Shown piece after piece: positions 39,360 to 47,993 of a stretch of 64,000 bases of DNA (position 1 is the stretch's first letter; each line of letters starts with the position of its first letter). This stretch comes from Patescibacteria group bacterium (lineage in GTDB: Bacteria > Patescibacteriota > Dojkabacteria > J137). Below the pieces are notes generated by a model. It saw nothing but the letters and a program-made list of their open reading frames with translations, made no database searches and was not told the DNA's origin. The stretch is from assembly GCA_963169855.1 (NCBI GenBank), contig CAUJCN010000001.1:175645-239644 (forward strand). The letters run 5' to 3'. A program made the translations under genes and the position numbers.

Positions 39360-41222
39360 TTACTCCCCCTTCCTCAACTCATACATCCTCACAATCTCCT
39401 CAACACTATTAGGGTAATCCTTATCTCGATTCCAAATCTTTAATCTTGGAAATCGAATAGACAACCCTTTTGTTGAATCATCGTTTTTTACTTTTGCAGG
39501 AATTCCTTTCGCTGCTGTGTGGTTTGGGCTTCTTGTAATTTCGTCTGCAACAATTTCCATAACTAATTTTGGTTTTACCCAAACGTCTGGAACTAAAGTT
39601 TTATCTACAACATAGTTTTCTGGTTTCTCGGCCACGAAATGTTTCTGTAAGTCTGCATTAATTGTTGGAGCTTGTTCATCTGTAAATCCGCTTCCAACTT
39701 TTCCAATAGAGTAGTAGGTATCGTTACTTGCATCGTAGACCCCTGCCAACATCGCACCAAATCCGTATTTATTTCTCGCACCTTGTCCGTAGAAATATCC
39801 CAACACAACAACGTCGATTGTATCTACCAAGTGACTTTGAGTATTAGCCTTCAGCTTAATCCATTTGAAATTTCTTGTTCCAGGTTCGTATGTAGATTTT
39901 TCTTCTTTAGTAATTATTCCTTCTAAACCTGCATTCACTTTGCTGAAGAAATATTCTTCCAACTCAGCTTCTGATTGCATTTGTTTTGTCTCCAGCATCT
40001 TTAATGAGCCCTGAGCTTTGAGCTTTGAGCTTTGAGCTTCCTCCTTAGAGTTCTGAGAAAGCAAAGACTCCAGTATTCTCAGCCGTTCCTCTATCGGTTC
40101 CTGAGTTATATCTTTTCCATTCAAATACAAAACATCAAAACACATTGCTCGGACAGGAATATCTTTTGCATAAGTTTCCACATCGTACTTTCTTCTTCGC
40201 TGCATTGTTTCCTGATAAGTTTTGTAATTACCATCTTCTTCTACACCAATAATTTCTGAATCCAAAACAACAGAATCAACACCAAGATTTTTTACAGATT
40301 CCAAAAGCTCTGGGAAGTTGTCTGTAAGTCTTTCCATATTTCGACTGTAGACTTCGGCCTCACCAGTTTTTTTATCAAAATGAATTTGACCACGTAGTCC
40401 ATCCAACTTTGGCTGAACAAAACACTTCGGCATTCTTTCCCAAACAGAAGCTGCAGAATCTTCTCGCTCCACAAGCTTAGATGCGATTGGAACTCCAGGA
40501 ACAATTTTAATTTTTGATAGATTTTCAATTGCTGAAGATTTATCAGTGAGAATAATTTCCGCAAGTTGACCAGCATCTGCTCTTGCTCCAAAAGCCTGAT
40601 CAATTAATTTTCTTGTAGATTTATCTCCAGACACAACAAAAGAAAGAGAGTCGAGTAGAGTTTTGTCGCTAGCACCAAGCCTTAAGTCTCCTAAAATAAT
40701 TCTAGTTGTGAATTTAATTTCCTGAGGTTCAAGAATTCTGAAAAGGTTTTCGTACAATTTTAATTTTGCATCTTGAGATCCTTTCCCAGAAGTTTGAGTT
40801 ATTTTAATTAAGAATGAGTGTAGTTCTTCGATAGTTTCGACTTTGATGTCTGTCACATCGAGCTTGTCGAGATGTGTTTCACCATTTTGGTTATCATGCT
40901 TCGACAGGCTCAGCATGACATCTCCTTTGAATGTTTCTCGAATTTCTGCTGCAACATTCCCCATATCCCCAAGTTTACCCAACATCGACTTAACATCTTC
41001 AGAAGTAAATTCCTGAAGTTTTCTGATAATCATTTTGTCTGAGAAGTTGAATTCAATCGGCTCGAATTTTGGTGCAACTCTACCTTGAAGAAAGTAGATA
41101 AAAAATCGAGCTTCTTTTGGTGAAAGCTGGGTTAGAAAATCCGCGGTTAAAGTGGTTAGATCGTTTCTAGAACTTGTGGTTTCGAGTTTGTTTAAAAAAG
41201 CTGAGAGTTCTGTTAGTTTCAT
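39360..41222 (-). CDS. ATP-dependent DNA ligase
   Basis: adenylation motif I KLDGLRGQIH, EGIITK, WIKLK motifs. Confidence 0.8.
   Translation of the reverse strand: MKLTELSAFLNKLETTSSRNDLTTLTADFLTQLSPKEARFFIYFLQGRVAPKFEPIEFNFSDKMIIRKLQEFTSEDVKSMLGKLGDMGNVAAEIRETFKGDVMLSLSKHDNQNGETHLDKLDVTDIKVETIEELHSFLIKITQTSGKGSQDAKLKLYENLFRILEPQEIKFTTRIILGDLRLGASDKTLLDSLSFVVSGDKSTRKLIDQAFGARADAGQLAEIILTDKSSAIENLSKIKIVPGVPIASKLVEREDSAASVWERMPKCFVQPKLDGLRGQIHFDKKTGEAEVYSRNMERLTDNFPELLESVKNLGVDSVVLDSEIIGVEEDGNYKTYQETMQRRRKYDVETYAKDIPVRAMCFDVLYLNGKDITQEPIEERLRILESLLSQNSKEEAQSSKLKAQGSLKMLETKQMQSEAELEEYFFSKVNAGLEGIITKEEKSTYEPGTRNFKWIKLKANTQSHLVDTIDVVVLGYFYGQGARNKYGFGAMLAGVYDASNDTYYSIGKVGSGFTDEQAPTINADLQKHFVAEKPENYVVDKTLVPDVWVKPKLVMEIVADEITRSPNHTAAKGIPAKVKNDDSTKGLSIRFPRLKIWNRDKDYPNSVEEIVRMYELRKGE
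40006..40040. repeat. heptanucleotide tandem repeat (GAGCTTT)n inside ligase CDS
   Basis: gagccct gagcttt gagcttt gagcttt gagcttc; encodes EAQSSKLKAQGSL on coding strand. Confidence 0.7.
40895..40920. repeat. hairpin-family copy embedded in ligase CDS
   Basis: CATGCTTCGACAGGCTCAGCATGACA; the 12-mer TCGACAGGCTCA is also at 47943 and, reverse-complemented, at 7569. Confidence 0.6.
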
Positions 41223-41315
41223 ATTAAGATTCTATCATAGAGGAGAGCAAGTTTGCTCAGGCATTTGACAACCTTAAACTCTGCGATATAACATCTCGTC
41301 ATATTAATAAAACTT

Positions 41316-41909
41316 ATGCAAATGGATCAGTTTCCCGACGACGAACGAGCAGAGCAGACTTTTCAAGATTTAGTCCAGAGTAAATCTAAAGCCTTATATT
41401 CTCACATTATGCGAGGTATTCGCGAACAAAATTCTTCGGTAGAAATTGTTCATAAATACGAGTTTGGGGACAACACAGTTCTGATTTGTAATCGAATTCC
41501 AGACTACAAAAGTATAAAAGATTTTTTTGATGCGAATATCGATCAACTTTTAGCAGTTTTAGGACAAGATAATAAAGGTTTATCTAATGAAGAAATTAAA
41601 AAGAGTAAAGATAAAATGTATTTCAAATTGAGAAGCAATATGGAAAAAGCCACGTTTGTTTTATGGAAGAATAATTCAGTTTCTTTGGCTGTTACTTTTG
41701 ACAGCGGAGAGGGGAGCATAAAGTTTCCTTTTGTAATTGATCATGTTGGGATTTTAACTAGTGATCTTTTAATTGATAAAATTCTTAAGGCAACCGCATA
41801 CGCAAAACAAGATTTGGTTTATTGTACGAATTCAGAAATGAGAAGAGTAAGAATAATAACTCCGGATGGAAACGATTACTGGGCCGATGAGGCTGCAGAA
41901 AATAATTAA
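41316..41909 (+). CDS. hypothetical protein
   Basis: 197-aa ORF. Confidence 0.4.
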   Translation: MQMDQFPDDERAEQTFQDLVQSKSKALYSHIMRGIREQNSSVEIVHKYEFGDNTVLICNRIPDYKSIKDFFDANIDQLLAVLGQDNKGLSNEEIKKSKDKMYFKLRSNMEKATFVLWKNNSVSLAVTFDSGEGSIKFPFVIDHVGILTSDLLIDKILKATAYAKQDLVYCTNSEMRRVRIITPDGNDYWADEAAENN

Positions 41910-41947
41910 AAATCTATGATAAAATCGTATATATTAAGATTATACTT

Positions 41948-42166
41948 ATGGAGACAGTGGTAGAAAATCCAGCGAAAGGTTTAACTGACGACGAAGAGAA
42001 GGAACTTGCAAAATTAGATGAGTTATACTTTTCGCAACCATTTATGGCTGAAGAGGATGGTAGAAGACGAGCAGAGTTGATTAGAAAAAAGGAAGCTCTT
42101 ACTAATAAGCCTGCATACAGAAGAGCTTTTTATTTATTCGCTATGATGGCAAATACGGAAGCTTAA
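41948..42166 (+). CDS. small hypothetical protein
   Basis: 72-aa ORF. Confidence 0.3.
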   Translation: METVVENPAKGLTDDEEKELAKLDELYFSQPFMAEEDGRRRAELIRKKEALTNKPAYRRAFYLFAMMANTEA

Positions 42167-42176
42167 TTTAGCTTTC

Positions 42177-43349
42177 TTAATTAACTCTCTTAATCGCATC
42201 CATAAAGAAGACAGCATTTGCCAAAGAACCATCGGTTAGTTCTGCAGTTCCATAATAAACATAAATTGGATAAGTGAATCCAACCCATTCCTGAGGTTCG
42301 TAGAAAGCAAGTTCTGTTCTTCGTGCATCGATTTGGAATCTTCTAACTTCTCGGAGCGGAGCAGTAGCAAAATAATCATCTGTAGAAGTTGAAAGAGCAA
42401 CTAAAGCTCCTTCGCCACTTTGAACTCTAGAGAAACCTTCTTCAGGAGTGATAATTTGGTAAACGCCAGTTAAAGTATATTCAAAATTGATGAAATTTAT
42501 TCGGAAAACATCCTTTGCTGGATTAGATAGATTGTAAGAAAATAACGTTTTAAAACTTCCATTTGTAGAATCAGAAGTATAAACCTTTCCTTTTAAATCT
42601 AACGGAGCAGTTTGTCCAGGTCGAACTGCTGGTCTTTCGTTTTGAGGTTTCAAAGTTGCCTGATCCAAAACTCTATAAACAGATCCTGCAGCAAACTCAG
42701 CATCATCAATAGTAGATGTAACAATGTATTCTCCTGCGGCATTCAAGTCTAAAAATTTCAAATCAAATTGTGGACTAGTAAATCCTGTAGAACCAAAATT
42801 CAAAGTTCTTACTAACTGAGCTAATCTAGTTTGGTAACTCGAAGCATCACCAGTTAAATCAGCAACTTTAGCATCAGAGTTTGCAGATAAATCAGTTTCT
42901 AAACTCCAAACCTGAGTTACGCTGTTGTATCTTAGAGTCTTTGTTCTATCGGCAGATTGCCATCTGTAATCATTAGGTCCAAAAATTTGAGGTTCTTCTT
43001 CAAACCCTAAATTTGCTGCTGTGTCTTCAAAAGTTGCTAAGAATTGAAAATTTTCTCTAGGTTTTAAAACTTGATAAACGTACGAAACATCAGGGAATGT
43101 GTTCGAAAATGTTGATGTAATACTATACTGAGGATTTGAGCTTCCAATATTAATAGATGGAATATCGAATTCAGGAAGATCATTAAATATTCGGTTTGAC
43201 TTCATGTAGAATCGACTTGCCTCGTCTGTAGTTCCGCCAATACCTCTTTGAATAGTTCCGAAATTGTCGAAAAATATTATTACGACAGCAAAAACAAGGA
43301 AACCAATTAAAAATTTTCGCGCGTTGTTAGAACTCGAATATAAACTCAT
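42177..43349 (-). CDS. secreted/membrane-anchored hypothetical protein
   Basis: 390 aa, N-terminal signal anchor FLIGFLVFAVVIIFF. Confidence 0.45.
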   Translation of the reverse strand: MSLYSSSNNARKFLIGFLVFAVVIIFFDNFGTIQRGIGGTTDEASRFYMKSNRIFNDLPEFDIPSINIGSSNPQYSITSTFSNTFPDVSYVYQVLKPRENFQFLATFEDTAANLGFEEEPQIFGPNDYRWQSADRTKTLRYNSVTQVWSLETDLSANSDAKVADLTGDASSYQTRLAQLVRTLNFGSTGFTSPQFDLKFLDLNAAGEYIVTSTIDDAEFAAGSVYRVLDQATLKPQNERPAVRPGQTAPLDLKGKVYTSDSTNGSFKTLFSYNLSNPAKDVFRINFINFEYTLTGVYQIITPEEGFSRVQSGEGALVALSTSTDDYFATAPLREVRRFQIDARRTELAFYEPQEWVGFTYPIYVYYGTAELTDGSLANAVFFMDAIKRVN

Positions 43350-43393
43350 AAAACCATTTTATACTAATACTGAAATGAGTTCTATGGCTGTGG

Positions 43394-43495
43394 GAAAGAA
43401 CCCCTCTTGTGCTTCGCACTTTCTCCCTGTCATCCTGAGGCTCTCGAAGGGTTGAAAGGGGAGATGCCCGATTTATCGGGAAGAGGGGTTCTTTC
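43394..43495. repeat. GC-rich structured element with perfect 15-bp terminal inverted repeats
   Basis: GAAAGAACCCCTCTT ... AAGAGGGGTTCTTTC enclosing internal hairpin CCCGATTTATCGGG. Confidence 0.6.
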
Positions 43496-43585
43496 TGATT
43501 TGATTTTTGATCTTTCCTACCGTTTCCTATAGAATGAGAAAGAAGTTTTAATCTTTTGATTTTGAGCTTTTAGCTTTTTTGAACT

Positions 43586-45082
43586 ATGCCTGACTATTAC
43601 GAACAACCAGCTTATCTAAAAGAACTGTTAGAAGAGCCAAAAACAGAAACTACAGTTGTAAATACGAACGTTCCGCCTTCAGATGATGACGACACGCCAA
43701 AAAGATCTTTACCTAAGATTCCTCAAAGATACATTATTATTGTAATCGCATTACTTATTATTCTTGTTTTACTAGTAGTACTTTTAGGAACAAGAAGAAC
43801 TGGTGGAACAACTCCAACAACAACAGGTACTGATCCTAATAAAACAGTGATCTTGCAATGGTGGGGAGTTTACTTATCAGAAGATGCCGTAGGACCTTTG
43901 CTAGATGAATACAATTCCATAAATCCAAACGTAACTATTCAGTATGCAGATCAATGGCCAATCGGCTCTTATGATGACGCAGTTGCAAATTATAGAAGTG
44001 AACTAAATAGAAGAATCGCCTCTACAGATGTAGTTGAAACACCAGACATATTCATGGTGAATAACACTTGGGTCAAAGATTATATTAATTACGCTCAAGC
44101 TGCGACAAGTAATGTAACCGATTACGCAACATTCGCAAATACATATTATCCAGTCGTAGCTTCAGATTTTGCTAGTTCTACAACTCAGAAGGTTTTCGGA
44201 GTACCCTTATGGCTTGATACATACGCGATTTTATACAACAAAGATCAATTGAACGCAGCTTCAGTTTCAACAATTCCAACTGACTGGACTACATTTAGAA
44301 ATTTAGCCAGAACACTAACTCAGAAAACAGGATCAACTTTAACAAGAGGAGGATTTGCAGCAGGAATAGCCTCGAATGTAACTTACGCAACAGCGATGTT
44401 CAATCTATTGATGATTCAGAATGGAGTAGAGATAACAGACGCAAATGGTTTACCAATTTTCGGATCACAAACAGAATCTAAAAGTGCGTTAGATTTCTAC
44501 AAAGATTTTGCTACAAGTGCGAACTATACTTGGAGATCTTCAGCAAAAAATGATGCAGTAGCATTCTTGGAAGGAGACTTATCCATGATTTTTGCACCAA
44601 GCTACAGATACAGAGATTTAAAAACTACAAACGAAGATTTATCTTTAGGGTTAGATATTGGAGTAGCTCAGGTTCCACAGTTAGTTGGACAAAGCCAGCC
44701 ACTAATCAACTGGGCGGACTATTGGGGAAACATGGTTTCTTCGAAAAGACCGAATGCTGCTTACGCGTGGGATTTCTTAAACTGGATTACTCAACCAGAA
44801 CAACTTAGAAAACTAAACGATAATATAAAAACTGATACAGCTCAATTCGGAATTCTATACCCAAGAAAAGATATGGCTGCGGATAATCTTGCAGATACTG
44901 ATTTAAAGATTTTTGCAGAATCGTTACCTTTTGCTCAAAGTTGGCAGATGGTTAAGGGAATAGAAGTAAATGCGGCTTTTGAAGAATTGTTGGATTTGAA
45001 TTCTCCAAGTGCGAATAATATTACTCAGACTCAGAATGATATTACTCCGCTGGTAAATTCTGCTGGAACGCTAACGCAGTAA
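43586..45082 (+). CDS. extracellular solute-binding protein (ABC-transporter SBP family 1-like), membrane-anchored
   Basis: N-terminal TM anchor; VILQWWG...PNVTIQYADQWP...TPDIFMVNNTWVKDY pattern typical of sugar-binding SBPs. Confidence 0.5.
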   Translation: MPDYYEQPAYLKELLEEPKTETTVVNTNVPPSDDDDTPKRSLPKIPQRYIIIVIALLIILVLLVVLLGTRRTGGTTPTTTGTDPNKTVILQWWGVYLSEDAVGPLLDEYNSINPNVTIQYADQWPIGSYDDAVANYRSELNRRIASTDVVETPDIFMVNNTWVKDYINYAQAATSNVTDYATFANTYYPVVASDFASSTTQKVFGVPLWLDTYAILYNKDQLNAASVSTIPTDWTTFRNLARTLTQKTGSTLTRGGFAAGIASNVTYATAMFNLLMIQNGVEITDANGLPIFGSQTESKSALDFYKDFATSANYTWRSSAKNDAVAFLEGDLSMIFAPSYRYRDLKTTNEDLSLGLDIGVAQVPQLVGQSQPLINWADYWGNMVSSKRPNAAYAWDFLNWITQPEQLRKLNDNIKTDTAQFGILYPRKDMAADNLADTDLKIFAESLPFAQSWQMVKGIEVNAAFEELLDLNSPSANNITQTQNDITPLVNSAGTLTQ

Positions 45083-45169
45083 ACCTCTCCTGGCACCACT
45101 ACGTGGTGTCCTCCCTCTTCTTTTTTAAAGGAGAGGGAAGTTCCGACTTGTCGGAACAGGGAGAGGTTT
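45081..45169. repeat. GC-rich hairpin-rich element (includes a probable terminator)
   Basis: AAACCTCTCCTGG...CAGGGAGAGGTTT terminal IR; internal GTTCCGAC-tt-GTCGGAAC and GGCACCAC-tacg-GTGGTGTCC hairpins, then T-run. Confidence 0.55.
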
Positions 45170-45213
45170 ATTAAACATTGGCTTATTCCCCAATTTCTTT
45201 TATAATACAATCA

Positions 45214-47265
45214 ATGAAGAGAATATTTTTACTAATAATTGCGGCCACATTTTTCACATTCAGTGCTGGAATCGTACGCGCTAACGACATTTTTACAGAT
45301 CCACTGGCAGATGCTGCAGATCAATTTTTTCTAGTTTCACCTACAGCAAATCAAAAAGTAAAAAACTCAGTAGTAATAAGTGTAAGAACTTTTGATGATG
45401 AACAAACTGCGATTCCTACAACAATAGAAATTTGGGATTCTGCATCTTGTAGATCAACGAAAGTAGGAACAATAATGAGCACGAACTTTGTCTCGAATGC
45501 TTCTGTTAATAACGATATCAACTGGAACACAAAAGCCAATGTTGGAGCAGCGCCATTAAACGATGGAGATTACTGTTTGAAAGTTTGTCTTACTTTAAAG
45601 AACGGTGCTAATAATTACACAGCATGTAATGGAAGAAGAGTGAGAGTTCTAAACAATAATAGAATTCCTACAATCACTTCTTTGCCACCACAGCTATCAA
45701 TTTACGAAAACGATGCTTGGCAATACGATGTAAACGCAACTGACCCAGATAACGACCCTATTACATATAGACTTGTTCAAACAGCAAGTTTCTTATCGAT
45801 TGATCCTTCTACTGGATTGATTACTAGAAACGGCGGAGTTTCATTCCCAAACGGAGTTACAAGATTAGACTATACAATCATTGTTGCAGCAGATGATAAT
45901 TTTGCTGGAGCGGCAACTCAGCAATTTGTTCTTTCAATTTTGAAAAGACCACCGCCACCTCCAGTTAATCCACCAACTCAGCCAACACCTGAACCTGAAG
46001 TAACAAATACAGCGGCTCAGATTACATTTATTACACCTACAGAAAATCAGATTTTCAAAGGTGCGGATAACAAAATCACTTGGAAGATTGTTGATCCAGA
46101 CGGATTAGCAGAAGGTTATTTACTATTCGCAAAGGAAGAAAGTAATCCTGATTTCGATATAATTTTTGAATTCAGTACTTTAGAAACAAACTCATTTACT
46201 TGGGATGTTGGCAATTTACCTGATGGAAGATACTACTTAAATCTTGTAGCAATCGACTCCGAAAATGTTGAAACTATCAAACGGTCACCAACATTTGTAA
46301 TTCAAAATAAAGAGCCAGAAGAACCACAGGAACCTGAAGAACCTTCAGATGCATTTGTAGAAATTACAGATATTCTTCCTCAAGATGGAGCAACTCTAAA
46401 TTTACGAAAACCTGAAGTAGTTGGGAAATTCAGACCTAGTGTAAATGCAGAAGTGGATATAAATTCATTTAAATTCTTTTTAAACGGCGAAGACAAAACT
46501 AGCTTATGTACAGTTTCGATTTTAGACTTTACATGTAGAGTGGATCAGGATTTAGTAAACGGAACATACGAAATTAAACTATCAGTTTCTGCAGCAGGAG
46601 GCGAGAGCAGAGAAGTAACTCAATCAGTAAATATTAATGCCGAAGATATTGTATCGTTCCCACAAGGCGAATCAGATAATGTAAATTTCTTGGGGATTTT
46701 AATTCCAAGATCAGTTGTAAATTTGATTTTAATTCTTTGCGGATTAACATTCCTATTATTATTTATTCCATGGATTCTAATCAGAATTTGGAAAAGAGAC
46801 GATGTAGAGGAAGAGGAAATCACAACTGTAACTACTGATTACACAAGTTCAGATCCTTACTCATCTTTTGATAACAGCTACTTTATTACGCCAACGGTGG
46901 ATAAACCTGTTGTAGAAGAACCGGTAATAAAAGAAACAACTGTAGCAGAACAGCCAAAGAATGCAATTGAAAAAGAAGACCAAGACATCCGAGCACAAAT
47001 TGTTGCAGACTACTCTCAACCAAATTATCTTGTAACTGAAGCTCCTGCACCAGTTGTTGATGTTCCAAAAGCTCCTGAAGTTGTGGAAACGAAACCTGTA
47101 GAAACTACAGAAACACCAGTAGCCTCTGTAACTGAAGCACCAAAGGAAAAATCTTTAGATGAAAAGACTGAAGAAGAAATAATGCAGGATTATTACAAAT
47201 ATATTAATCCAACAAACGATCAGACATTTGTAGAGCCAACTCCAACTGACGAACCAACAAAATAG
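45214..47265 (+). CDS. cell-surface protein with cadherin-like/putative Ig (He_PIG-like) repeats, Pro-rich linkers and C-terminal TM anchor
   Basis: signal peptide MKRIFLLIIAATFFTFSAGIVRA; YENDAWQYDVNATDPDNDPITY motif; TM LILILCGLTFLLLFIPWILIRIW; ORF track TTG start 45178. Confidence 0.55.
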   Translation: MKRIFLLIIAATFFTFSAGIVRANDIFTDPLADAADQFFLVSPTANQKVKNSVVISVRTFDDEQTAIPTTIEIWDSASCRSTKVGTIMSTNFVSNASVNNDINWNTKANVGAAPLNDGDYCLKVCLTLKNGANNYTACNGRRVRVLNNNRIPTITSLPPQLSIYENDAWQYDVNATDPDNDPITYRLVQTASFLSIDPSTGLITRNGGVSFPNGVTRLDYTIIVAADDNFAGAATQQFVLSILKRPPPPPVNPPTQPTPEPEVTNTAAQITFITPTENQIFKGADNKITWKIVDPDGLAEGYLLFAKEESNPDFDIIFEFSTLETNSFTWDVGNLPDGRYYLNLVAIDSENVETIKRSPTFVIQNKEPEEPQEPEEPSDAFVEITDILPQDGATLNLRKPEVVGKFRPSVNAEVDINSFKFFLNGEDKTSLCTVSILDFTCRVDQDLVNGTYEIKLSVSAAGGESREVTQSVNINAEDIVSFPQGESDNVNFLGILIPRSVVNLILILCGLTFLLLFIPWILIRIWKRDDVEEEEITTVTTDYTSSDPYSSFDNSYFITPTVDKPVVEEPVIKETTVAEQPKNAIEKEDQDIRAQIVADYSQPNYLVTEAPAPVVDVPKAPEVVETKPVETTETPVASVTEAPKEKSLDEKTEEEIMQDYYKYINPTNDQTFVEPTPTDEPTK

Positions 47266-47300
47266 TTTGCTAACTTACACTTGAACTCTCACTTACACAG

Positions 47301-47804
47301 TTAAAGCATTCCTCGATTATTGAAGGAATTGCGATTATTTTCTTCAATTGCGTCTCTAGCACACTGAGCTAATTTCTCTTCATCATTACCTGCCTGTTCT
47401 GTACAACTACTGTCTAGAAGTCCGCTGAAGCGAGTGGGGTTCGCTAAAAATGCTACTGGAAAAGCAATAAGTAAAAATATAATGCAACCAAACAACGGTA
47501 TTGCCCAGATCCAGAAAGTAGAGGCTAAAAAAGAGATTCCTGTTCCAATAGTCCTCAAAGTTTTTACTTTCCCGGCGATTTTTTGAACCTTTGCCTTACT
47601 AGCATTCACAAGTTTGTTTCTCGTTTTCGCATCTTTTAAAGCGTTTTTCGCCTCCTCGATAGATAGTCCTTGTGCCTGAAGCTTTCTTCTAGCATCTTTT
47701 TCTTCGTAATATTGTTCTACAAGTTGAATTCGACGAAGATTAATATACTCGTCGTTCATTTCTGCTATGGATTGTGGCTTATCGTCTTTTTCTTCATCAC
47801 TCAT
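47301..47804 (-). CDS. membrane hypothetical protein
   Basis: 167 aa with 2 TM helices. Confidence 0.4.
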   Translation of the reverse strand: MSDEEKDDKPQSIAEMNDEYINLRRIQLVEQYYEEKDARRKLQAQGLSIEEAKNALKDAKTRNKLVNASKAKVQKIAGKVKTLRTIGTGISFLASTFWIWAIPLFGCIIFLLIAFPVAFLANPTRFSGLLDSSCTEQAGNDEEKLAQCARDAIEENNRNSFNNRGML

Positions 47805-47850
47805 ACTATTAATATATCATATTTTGAGATACCGATTCCGATACAACCAT

Positions 47851-47911
47851 AGATCCCGTACCACCGACAGATCCCGCACCACCGACAGATCCCGCACTTG
47901 ATGCGGGATCT
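47851..47911. repeat. 18-bp tandem repeat ending in perfect hairpin
   Basis: AGATCCCGTACCACCGAC / AGATCCCGCACCACCGAC / AGATCCCGCA-cttga-TGCGGGATCT. Confidence 0.65.
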
Positions 47912-47936
47912 AATTAAAGTTTTACATATATCGCAA

Positions 47937-47962
47937 CATGGTTCGACAGGCTCACCATGACA
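47937..47962. repeat. hairpin-family copy upstream of alaS
   Basis: CATGGTTCGACAGGCTCACCATGACA. Confidence 0.65.
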
Positions 47963-47993
47963 CGATATAATCCTGTATATTAATTTACACATC

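Noticed and set aside
40006-40040. Short tandem repeats as a CRISPR array
   Set aside because: Units are 7 bp with no spacers and lie inside a CDS. No CRISPR-like repeat-spacer structure exists anywhere in the window.
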